Origin: Owenia fusiformis
Lineage: Eukaryota
Assembly (NCBI GenBank): GCA_903813345.2
Contig: CAIIXF020000001.1
Location: 13,826,001 to 13,890,000 of the forward strand
Reading direction: 5' to 3'
DNA length: 64,000 nt
Positions 54,401 to 64,000 of the stretch are shown here, piece by piece; position 1 is the stretch's first letter, and each line of letters begins with the position of its first letter. The notes under the pieces are model-generated. The model was not told where the DNA came from, searched no databases, and worked only from the letters and a program-made list of their open reading frames with translations. The position numbers were made by a program, and so were the translations under genes.

Positions 54401-56909
54401 AATATTGGTTTGTGGTTACTCTTTAGAAATGAATGCCACAAGTGACCTTGATTTCTACATCAGTACTAACCAGCTTCATCTATTACACACTACTCTCATG
54501 AACAACATACAATGTGTTACCTCAGTTCAACCCAAAGCTGACATAGACACTGTCGATCCCCAGGAAGATACTGTTACTGATTGGGTAATGATTGAAGAGA
54601 GTACAACAGGTGGTGACAGTACGCCAAGACGATCAAGTCAGGAAACTATGGCAAGCCAACCCAGCAATAAAACAACTCTAGCATCCATGCTACATTCACA
54701 CAATTTCACACCATTTAATGTGCTGCTAACTGCTGGTAAAATCAGCTTCATGGTATACAAGCATAAAAAATGTGTACAGCAAAGTGGGGCCTCTAGTCCA
54801 ATCAGTGATGACTTAGAGACAACAATATGTGAGTTGGAGCGCAATTTTGGTGGACAATCCATGGGTGATGTCCTTAAAGATAATACAAAATCACAACTGG
54901 ATCATGAAACTGTTCCATATATGTATGCCTACTTCTCACAACCTCACAGTGTCATATCATGCCAGACAAACTGTCAAAAGGTGGAGCTCTCATGTTATGA
55001 TATCACTATACGTGGCCCAGATGCAGGACATAAGTTTTCAGGTAATTCTCAACAATCGTTCTCCATTCAGGTTTTCAAATATGTCTGTTCGTATAGATGT
55101 ACTTGTATATCATTTCAGCTCAATTCCTCTACTGCTATCATATCACACTTTGAAAAATGCCATATTTATTTGTTAAGATGAAACTCAGTGGAAGAGTAAT
55201 CTATGTGAGATGCTGGTTCTTAATGACCTCCAAATAACAAATATCTTTTGAGAATGTCAATTACATGTATTCTCAATTTTTTTACTTCAATTAATATTGC
55301 TGTTGCACAAGGTACTAAATCATAAAAAATTGGAAATGACCAATTTCTTTGTCTGAATAGGTAACATCTTGTTTACAGGTGTGATAATGTATACATACAG
55401 GTCATTAATTTTACTGTACTGTATATGTTTAAGATGAGAGTAAGTTGATCCCAGAGGCACTGGACTTCCCAATACATTGGATAGAGACGAGACCCGGGGA
55501 AGTTGACAGTAAAACAGGGGTCCCACCTAGTCTATACACTCTCACACTCACTGGCTTCTTCAATGGGGCAGGTATATCATTGAATCATTTTGAAAGCTGA
55601 ATATTCAATTGTTCTTATTCTTTACCAACCACTAAACTAATGGAATTCAAATCATCAATTTTGGTCATAAAAATAATTAATGATTTGCCGCTAATGTTTT
55701 TTATTAAACTTTTGTGATCGATTATTTGTTGTTTTTTTGTTAACTAATATGGAATAATAAACTCATGTATAAAAATTAAAAAAATGAATAATGAATGAAC
55801 CATATAATTATGAATATGAGGTGTTCGATAATATTCGCTTAACTTTCAGCTGAAATACAACTAGATATTGGCAGGCCACTTAAGTTACTTCTAAGTTCTG
55901 CCAGACTGGATCATATGTCAGATATTGTAGCAGATATATTCCCAGAGCCTGTAGTTAGGAGGCCTACACGACAACCCAAACCAGAATCTCATTCATCAGC
56001 CCATCAAAGCAGTGAGTATCAAGTACAAAATGTAGTTTGTAATTTAGTAATGTCCTCAATATGTGATATTTTTACTAGCAGTTTAAACAATTTGCTTTGG
56101 ATTTACTATTAGTTATAGCACTTATAGCGTTTTTGTGCTGTATTTGTCATTGTTTTGACCAGAAACAATTCCACATATTTTTGTAAATATGGATAATTGA
56201 CTATACCAATTATCAAAACAGAAATTTGCATATTGCTGATTATGGCTTTTAATTAGAGGTGTCACGGATACCCGATTTTGTTCTGACCCACAGAATTACA
56301 TTCTCGGAACGCAACACGGAACAAAAATTAAGCATTTCGGTTTGGTTCCGGAACAGGAAAATCTTACCCTTTCACAGCTTGTGGCCCATAAGTCGGCACA
56401 AAACAGTATTTTTCTTTCAATATTTTGCATTCATTCTTTTCACTCCTTCTCATTGAAGAGTTTTGAAGAGCTTTTCCCTTCCGAATAGACCTAGACGATC
56501 AACTTATTTTAATCTTATACATGCAGTCACTCTGTTTCGAACCATTCCGAAATTGTTCTGTTCTGAAACAAAATGTCCCAAACCGAACCGTTACGATTTT
56601 TTTGTTCTGTGACATCTCTACCTTTAATGTGTATTGAAATTACACAAAGCTCACATTACAGTATATCGCTAATATGTAAAGATGTATACATTTTCTACGT
56701 GATTAGTAAACCCATTTTTGAATGTGTAATTTTATTTCATTGTTTGTTTTCAGGTAGACCTATGTACATGCAGTTATTTGAACTAATTAGTAGTGTAAAA
56801 GTGAATACTGTTCAACTAGTTGCTGCATATGACACAATATCAGCACTAGGGAATGCTGCAGGCGTACAATGTGGCCTTTCTGAACTATGTGGATCTTTCA
56901 ACCTAACAG
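39414..56909 (+). CDS. VPS13B: Vacuolar protein sorting 13B (COH1) lipid-transfer protein, 5' part; gene continues beyond the window
   Basis: N-terminus MFKIESYITPLLMGYVDR|YVKLRHEDFQLSLWGGDAVL...SGHIHELRIHVPWTKLGSEPVVITINTIECILKL matches the VPS13B chorein-N sequence; later WGSWAWSYVP, QADNPLPR, VEDRQYQLDI and VQNPALEWN motifs. Approximate exons: 39414-39466, 40007-40893, 40984-41162, 41254-41460, 41808-42039, 42237-42416, 42784-42965, 43367-43561, 43861-43986, 44329-44508, 44661-44795, 45243-45410, 47934-48117, 48477-48664, 49114-49336, 49628-49845, 49954-50311, 50592-50706, 51100-51920, 52292-52396, 53834-53949, 54398-55041, 55434-55571, 55850-56011, 56754-56909 (some internal boundaries may be off by a few nt). 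No stop codon reached. Confidence 0.92.
45511..47745 (-). mobile_element. 5'-truncated non-LTR retrotransposon (LINE; RTE-X/L2-like) in a VPS13B intron
   Basis: RT motifs NYRGICL, QNGFR, GLKQGC, LLYADD, YKYLG and C-terminal IETGR...C..C...H...C. ORFs 46765-47868 and 45694-46728 are the same frame separated by one TAA. AATAAA plus (TTAC)n 3' tail at ~45511-45538. Candidate TSD TACAGT at 45505-45510 and 47746-47751. No endonuclease domain present. Confidence 0.9.
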
Positions 56910-57049
56910 GTACATTTATATACTGTACATAAGATATACAGGACAGCATGAAAAAACCAACCCCAAAAAATAAATACAAGTCTCTCTCAAGGATATATAT
57001 GAAGCTTCCTGGTCATCTCAACCCCAAGTCAACTCAACCCAGTAAAACG

Positions 57050-57845
57050 ATAGTGGCACGTTTTAAAACCTCTGTCGATAGGATTCCCGTTTTAAGTTAT
57101 TTTTGTTCAACATCGATACAGAAAAATCCTCTATGACTCCTGGTTCAAAAGCACGCCTATTTTCAAGATTGCCGCCATTTTCGTCTCGTGAAATTCATTT
57201 TTGACCCATTTCCTAGCTTTACAAATAATGTCAGGTGTCCTGCATTGTTAAAATCCATGGCTATGTGAAGAGTAGTTGTATGAAATAATTTTGTTTCAAA
57301 AAATCAGCAAAAAATTATATCCGTTTTTTTTTATTTTCAGCCATTTTAGTTAACATTGATTTGTTCATCTGTCTTGCGAAATCCACTTTTGGACCAACAA
57401 CCCAGTAAAACTCAACCCCAGGTCAAGTTAACCCCAAGTCAAGTCAACCCCAGTAAAACTCAACCCCTATATTTTTATTGTTAGCTCACATGGTGAGCTT
57501 TTGCAATTACTCACTTGTCCATCTGTCTGTCCGTGCATGCGTGCGTCCGTCCGTGCATCCGTCTATCAACAAAAGTGGCACGTTTTAAAACCTCTGTCGA
57601 TAGGATTCCCGTTTTAAGTAATCTTTGTTCAACATCAATACAGAAAACTCCCCTATGACTCCTGGTTCAAAAGCTCACCTATGTTCAAGATGGCCGCCAT
57701 TTTTGTCCCGCGAAATTCACTTTTGACCCATTTCCTAGCTTTACAAATAAATTCAGGTGTCCTGTATTGTAAAAGCCATGTCAATGTGAAGAGTATTTGT
57801 ATGAAATAATTTTGTTACAAAATATCCGCAAAAAATTATTTCATT
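57050..57845 (+). repeat. Two further units of the same ~330-bp repeat plus a 5' end of the same Helentron-like family
   Basis: AGTGGCACGTTTTAAAACCTCTGTCGATAGGATTCCCG units at ~57052 and ~57574; TTAGCTCACATGGTGAGC 5' end plus GTCC microsatellite at ~57481-57565. Confidence 0.8.
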
Positions 57846-58596
57846 TGTTATTTCATTATTCCATCTGTCAAGAGTGAAAAATATTCAGTTGTTTCAGATA
57901 AACAACATCTGGTAAATATATAAAAAGTGATAAATAATGATACATGTATTATATATTTAAATTCATTTCAATTCATTTTATTGTCTTTATATATATCTTT
58001 CATTGACTCTAGATGTCATGACATGACATATTATCGTAGTTAGTACTCACTGCATGCACAAAAATAAATTACACTACACTACACTATCATTATATAATAC
58101 AGTTTGTGCAAAACATGTTATTTACATGTACATATACAGTATTATATAATACCTGAAGAAATGTGATGAACCCAGAATGCTTTTTTACACTCAGGCAAGT
58201 TCATTTTTTGAATGCTTTATTAATGGATTGGCCTACTTTTTTTACACACAAATACTCCATTCCTGGGGATAATCTCCCTTTAATCAAAGAAGTCAAATGT
58301 CAGTGCTTTATGTATTAAACAGTTGTTAACATGGGAGGGATGGAATTGGAATTTCATCCCAAGGAAAAATATGATATTGACCAAGGCAAATATCATATTG
58401 ATTGATAAAGGATTTTGTTTGATACAGGATCTGATATGGATTTTTTGAATATCAATTCTATTCCTTGTTTATTTCCCAGGGAAAACATATTATCGTGGAA
58501 TAAATTGTAATATATAGTGATATATGATAACAGATGCTTGTCAAGTGAAAGGAATGCTCCATGCAGGTGTAAAGTCATAGTTCTCCTGATTTCATT

Positions 58597-59754
58597 TTAA
58601 TCAAGTTTAAACCATTTTTCAAATCCAAACATTTCATAGTCTGTGGCATATCTTGCATATATTCCATTAATTGTTTGAGAGGTAAGGTTGCTATAGTAAC
58701 TTTGAAGTCTTGCTGTTGTTTTAGGCTGACTGAAAGGGAAAATGTATTTATCAAGATTTGCATGTGCTAAGGTAAAGTTGGCATCTGTGTTAAGAGTCCT
58801 AAAATCTCCAATGGCATCATAGTGGATGGTACATGGGGTGCATAATTCATTAAAAGATAGCCAATGTGGATCTTGTGGACGATTTCTTCGGTCAGTTACA
58901 TATTTTACAAACTCTTCAAAAGTAGGTATTCCTTGTACAATCTCAGCATATGTAGGGTTATGACGATATCTTTTAACCATATTTGATCCAAAGTGTTTTC
59001 TGTAATAACCTCCCTTGACATCTATGAACTTTGATTTCCAGGCAGATGGAAGTCTTTCTATTGGATCGCGCACAAACATGAATTTGAAAAATTCCCCTTG
59101 AATTTTTTTCTGCCTCTTGCTATCGAGAAAATTCAGATGTGTAAGGATCCTCCCTTCGTACCATTTGCTCCAATTTGGTCCTCTTTGACTCAACTGTATA
59201 TTAGTCTCATTTAAATCATATTTGCTAGCAGTTAGAATCTCTCTCCATGTGGTGCTGGCGACTTTAGGTGTATAGCAATATAGAATCTTTTTCTTCAAAT
59301 CAACATAAATGTTACCATTTGATATTTCCTTTCTAATCTGGGCTTTCTTTTTTCTCAGTTTCTCCAGTCTTTGACAAGTATTTTCAATCCTTTTTTGTCT
59401 CATTTTCATGTATGTTTCAACATCATTCTCAATTATCGCAGCTTGGGTTTGAAGAATATCACCATCCCCGACCTTGACTTTCTCATCCCTGACCTTTGCT
59501 TGATTGTTAAGATCACCATTTTCATGATATCTATATGCCTCTTGTGTCAACTTTCCCATTGACAGTTTTACATCCCCATCAATAACAGATTCCAGTTCAT
59601 CAATTTCTTTTGAACTTTCCTCCCAAAGGTGCAGTTCTTTGACACCATGGAAACAAAAGCACATAATTATAAAGGAAGTAATTACATGTAGTATAATCAG
59701 TATTGTGATTAACTCTGAAATGTATTTACGTTTGAGGTTTTTGAGGAGAAGCAT
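58597..59754 (-). CDS. Golgi carbohydrate sulfotransferase (Sulfotransfer_2; CHST8-14/HNK-1ST family), single coding exon, nested antisense in a VPS13B intron
   Basis: 385-aa ORF with a type II N-terminal TM helix (ISELITILIILHVITSFIIMCFCF), 5'-PSB CYTPKVASTTW, 3'-PB FMFVRDPIERLPSAW, DPHW...LCTPC..HYDAIG, and C-terminal YATDYEMFGF. Candidate acceptor for an upstream UTR intron near 59926. Confidence 0.92.
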   Translation of the reverse strand: MLLLKNLKRKYISELITILIILHVITSFIIMCFCFHGVKELHLWEESSKEIDELESVIDGDVKLSMGKLTQEAYRYHENGDLNNQAKVRDEKVKVGDGDILQTQAAIIENDVETYMKMRQKRIENTCQRLEKLRKKKAQIRKEISNGNIYVDLKKKILYCYTPKVASTTWREILTASKYDLNETNIQLSQRGPNWSKWYEGRILTHLNFLDSKRQKKIQGEFFKFMFVRDPIERLPSAWKSKFIDVKGGYYRKHFGSNMVKRYRHNPTYAEIVQGIPTFEEFVKYVTDRRNRPQDPHWLSFNELCTPCTIHYDAIGDFRTLNTDANFTLAHANLDKYIFPFSQPKTTARLQSYYSNLTSQTINGIYARYATDYEMFGFEKWFKLD

Positions 59755-59951
59755 ATTGTTGTTGTTTTCTGTGTAACAATGTCTTTCTTTGTGATATTAA
59801 GGTGGGCCAAATTATCACACTCTGCCTTTCTAAATGTTAAATCTCAGTTAGTATGTGAGCAGCATTATGAAGACAAATCAATGTAGACAAATTCTCCTCT
59901 TTGCAAAGTCTTTTTTCGGTGACAATCTGAAACATATGTGAAAGTTTGTCA

Positions 59952-60682
59952 TTATTACCCAACAAACGAAGTTCGGTAGGGATATAGTGAAGCCCTCCGT
60001 CCGTCAGTCAGTCAGTCAGTCCGTCCGTCCGTCCGGAAGATAACTCAAATATTAGTCAACAGATTTTCTTCATATTTGGTGGAAAGATGTATATTGATGA
60101 ATAGTTTTACGCAAAAAATATTTTTTCAAGATGGCTGCCACTTTAAAAATGATGGGACTTTTTCCCAAAAATCATAAATTTTTCATTACCAAAGTAGTTA
60201 ATATTATTGTTTGTAGTTTTGGTAGTATATTCACAACATCTGTCTATTTCAAATATATTCCGTGTTTTTCATCCTGACCCCCAGGGGCCGTGCATAACCA
60301 GGAAAACAAAAATTTTCGCTAATTTTTTGATCCTCCTGAAGTATAGCTTTATTATACTCAAATGAAAGGCAATTAAGAGTAGATTGCAAATATTCTATCT
60401 TTTTCTGATTCAAGCCTTGTAAAATTCGCAATAATTTTTCGATCCTTTCAAAGTATGGCTATATTATATACTCAAATTGAAGGAATTTTGGAGTAGATCA
60501 CAATTATGGTATTATTTTTCAGATTTGTACCTCAGAAAATTCAAAACGGCTGCTTTGCAGGAATTCCCAATTCTAAAATCTGAATTTTTCAATTTTAACC
60601 AGAGTATAATTGATTGGAATTCGGTAATTGATATTTTGTTCGTTGGAATTTGCTACTCCGCGGAGTTGCCGTTATCTAGTTG
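59952..60682 (+). mobile_element. Second DINE-1/HINE-like element family
   Basis: Starts TTATTACCCAAC...hairpin followed by (CCGT)/(CAGT)n microsatellite at 59995-60035; ends GTTGG...ACTCCGCGGAGT hairpin...CTAGTT. Confidence 0.6.
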
Positions 60683-61446
60683 TTAACAGTAACAAGTTGA
60701 TTTCAAAATTAGGCACCACATGTTTTCCAATTGTACTGAATTCATCCATATGTTGTGACTGTATCTTGAACTTTCGGCTCAATTTTGACTGCCTACCAAA
60801 ATAAAAATAAATCATACTTATTCATAAAAATAATATGTAGTTATTCATGAATTTTGTAAGTTCTTTTATAACAGAAGTAAAAGTATGCATTGCAAAATAT
60901 TTTTTTTGCTTATTGGAAAGTTTCAAAAAACTTACGGAAACTGTCCAAAATCTTATGTTATACTCATACCTTTTACCAATGTCCATAAACTAAAATATTG
61001 TTTCCGGCTATCAAGAAAAAATTCTCAAAGGAATTGAAATAATTGTTTAATGATGGAAACAGAGCAGTGTTGTCTCCCTGTGGACAGTTCTAGGAACATA
61101 AATCAATCAACAGATCCATAAAACTAATACAACTAATAAAGATACATGTATATGTCAATCACTCAATTTCCACTCATGGTCATCTTTCCATTGAGGCTGA
61201 TTCGAAAATTGGTCAAATGTGATCAAAAATTCTAGAAATTTGATTTTTAGTTTTCATTAGTAAAGCATACTTACCTAACATTGTCACTAAGTGTCTAATA
61301 GTAACATGTTTCAGATTATAACATTTTAAAATTATTTTACATCATTAACATTTTTATTTTATTCTTTATCTACTATACAGTTTTTGAGAACTTACTATGT
61401 CACCATTACTGTATAAAGCCATTGAAATTTTGACTCTTGTACATTG

Positions 61447-62980
61447 TTTTTAGCTCACATGGTGAGCTTTTGCAATCACTCACTTGTCCATCTGTCTGTC
61501 CGTACGTGCGTGGGTCTGTCCGTGCATCCGTCCGTCAACAATAGTGGCACGTTTTAAAACCTCTGTCGATGGGATTCCCGTTTTAAGTTATTTCTGTTCA
61601 ACACCAGTACAGAAAACTCCCCTATGACTCCTGGCTTAAAAGCTCGCCTAATTTCAAAATGGCCGCCATTTTTGTCTCACGAAATTTACTTTTGACCCAT
61701 TTCCTAGCTTTACAGATAATTTCAGGTGTCCTACAACGTAAAAATCCATGTCAATGTAAAGAGTAGATATGAAATAATTTTGTAACAAAAAATCAGCGAA
61801 AAATTATATCCATTTTTTTATTTTCAGCCATTTTAGTTAACATTGATTTGTCCATCTGACTCGCGAAATCCACTTTTCCGTCAGCAACAGTGGCACGTTT
61901 TAAAACCTCTGTTGATATAATTCCTGTTTTAAGTTATTTCTGCTCAACATCAATACAGAAAACTCCCCTATGACTCCTGGTTCAAAAGCTTGTCTATTTT
62001 CAAAATGGCCACCATTTTTGTCTCGCGAAATTTACTTTTGACCCATTTCCTAGCTTTACAAATAATTTCAAGTGTCCTATCGAAAAATCCATGTCAATGT
62101 AAAGAGTAGATGTATGAAATAATTTTGTTCCCAAAATCAGCAAAAAATTATTGATTTGTCCATCTGTCTCACAAAATCCAATTTTGGATCATTTGCCTTG
62201 AACCCTCTGTCAATAGGATTCCCGTTTTAAGTTAATTTTGTTCAACATCAATACAAAAAAAAACTCTCCTATGACTCTTGGTTCAAAAGCTCGCCTTTTT
62301 CAAAATGGTCGCCATTTTTGTCTTGCGAAATTCACTTTTGGCCCATTTCCTAGCTTTACAAGTAATTTCAGCTGTCCTGCATTGTAAAAAGCCATGTCAC
62401 TGTAAAGAGTAGTTGTATGAAATAAAATCGGCAAAATATTATATCCGTTTTTTTATTTTCAGCCATTTTAGTTAACATTGATTTGTCCATCTGTCTCGCA
62501 AAATCCTCTTTTTATACCATTTGCCTTAAAACCTCTGTCGATAGGATTCCAGTTTCAAGTATTTTCATTCAACATCAATACAAAAAATTCCTCTATGACT
62601 CCTGGTTCAAAAGCTTACCTACTTTCATAATGGTTGCCATTTTTGTCTCGCGAAATTCAATTTTGGCCCATTTCCTAGCTTTACAAATAATTTCTGGTGT
62701 CCTGCATTGCAAAAAGCCATGTCACTGTAAAGAGTAGTTGTATGATATAATTTTGTTACAAACAATTTGCAAAAAATTATATCCGTTTTTTTCAGCCATT
62801 TTACTTAACATGGATTTGTCCATCTGTCTCTCAGTCAGTCCAAATAGTGGCAAGTGGCTTGAAATTTTGTTACAAAAAATCAGCAAAAAATTATATTGTT
62901 TTCTTATTTTCTGTCATTTTAGCCATCATTCACTTTTGAGCAACACCATGTGAGCCCAGTACCCACAGTACTATTTTATT
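61447..62980 (+). mobile_element. Helentron-like non-autonomous element (HINE/DINE-1 type) carrying a ~4.5-unit tandem array of ~310-345 bp
   Basis: Inserted in a T-run; 5' subTIR GCTCACATGGTG (61453-61464), (GTCY)n-like microsatellite, repeat units starting near 61543, 61890, 62200 and 62525, 3' subTIR CACCATGTGAGC (62944-62955), then short hairpin AGTAC-CCACA-GTACT. Confidence 0.8.
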
Positions 62981-63419
62981 TATTCATGGATAAACCTATG
63001 TTCCCCATGATATGAAAGTTTATTTCATTAAAAAGTTCTGATAATTCACCTTTCCACAAAGTAAAGAAAATCGATAATTTCTGGTGCGCTGATTGGTTGT
63101 ATGCAAATGAGTCAAATAAATGACATCAATGCCTGAAAGTTTTGAAGATTTGAGTACAGCCAGCATTGGCATATTTTGAATTAACTGCAATAAAAAGGAT
63201 TCTATTTGCCTAATGCACTAATTGTTTTTAATCAAATATGAAATATGGACGGGGCACTTTCATTCTGAACCTTATGTAATTTAATTTAATCATTTTTTGA
63301 CAGAACTATTGTTTATTAAGACTTCTTACATAAGCCTCACATACCTGGGCTCACATGTCTCATGCGACTGGTATTACTTGGGACTCAAACATCCCAAACT
63401 AAAGTGAAAATGTAATATT

Positions 63420-63885
63420 ATGATTAAGTTACTATGTGGTATACATAATTTAGAAATTAACAACTATGCTTTACCTAGAGAAAATAGGGAGTGTAAGAAA
63501 TGTAATAATAACTCATTAGAGAATCTTTACCATTTTATTATTATGGGTTGTTATAATTATGTTGATATCAGAAAGGTGATGATTGAAAATCCTACATTTA
63601 TGTTTATATAACATTATTTTAGGCATTTACTTCCCAATGGAAAATTGGGATAATGTTTTGATTATTTCATGTAAGAATGTCTCAATTATGTACCAAAGAT
63701 GTTTTGGCTGATTTATCAATGTATCCATTGTTATTTTGGGTCTAAATTTGCTTATGTATACATGTATAATTCATGATATTGTAATTGTTTAATTAGCATA
63801 AGGTATAGTGTAAGATTGTTTTAATTGTCAAACTATTCTTCAGTATTGAAGGCTAAATAAATAAATAAATAAATGAATAAATAAC
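63420..63885 (+). mobile_element. 3' remnant of a LINE
   Basis: LCGIHNLEI...RENRECKKC...ENLYHFIIMGCYNY..IR is the same C-terminal CCHC-type motif as the 45.7-kb LINE; (TAAA)n tail at ~63855-63885. Confidence 0.65.
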
Positions 63886-64000
63886 TAAATCCTATGATAA
63901 CTAGATTAACTTAAAATAGATTTATTTTTATGCATGAGAGACATGTTTAAATGTTGGTGAACTAATGATTATGGTAATTTCACCTGTTCGCATCCAGTTC

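Noticed and set aside
61543-62830. Regular repeats as a CRISPR-like array
   Set aside because: Units are ~310-345 bp and similar along their whole length, with no unique spacers and no cas genes.
1-64000. tRNA, rRNA or other structured ncRNA genes
   Set aside because: None recognised by eye; the hairpins seen are explained by MITE TIRs. A tRNAscan-SE/Infernal run would be needed to exclude them.

Overview
AT-rich, intron-rich animal (invertebrate, probably lophotrochozoan) genomic DNA, not prokaryotic. Two large spliced genes are arranged head-to-head. On the minus strand is an 18-coding-exon KDM1B/LSD2 histone demethylase (32608->8591, ~1681 aa by my exon assembly), which carries an unusual ~490-aa N-terminal AT-hook repeat region and a ~390-aa charged C-terminal tail. 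On the plus strand is the 5' part of VPS13B (ATG 39414, continuing past the window end). Three complete genes are nested antisense inside their introns. (i) A 3-exon AIG1/GIMAP GTPase whose two small upstream exons add an N-myristoylation motif and two tandem PBZ-like (poly(ADP-ribose)-binding type) CCHH zinc fingers; it is preceded by a cluster of NF-kB/STAT/IRF-like motifs and is the most novel item here. (ii) A 4-exon theta-class glutathione S-transferase. (iii) A single-coding-exon CHST/HNK-1-family sulfotransferase. Introns and intergenic DNA are full of mobile elements: a 4.4-kb Academ-like DNA transposon relic, a young 5'-truncated LINE with a single nonsense codon, Helentron-like non-autonomous elements (one carrying a ~310-345-bp tandem array), and many MITEs with readable TSDs. 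All exon models were assembled by eye from GT-AG sites, phase continuity and recalled homology; no database search was run.
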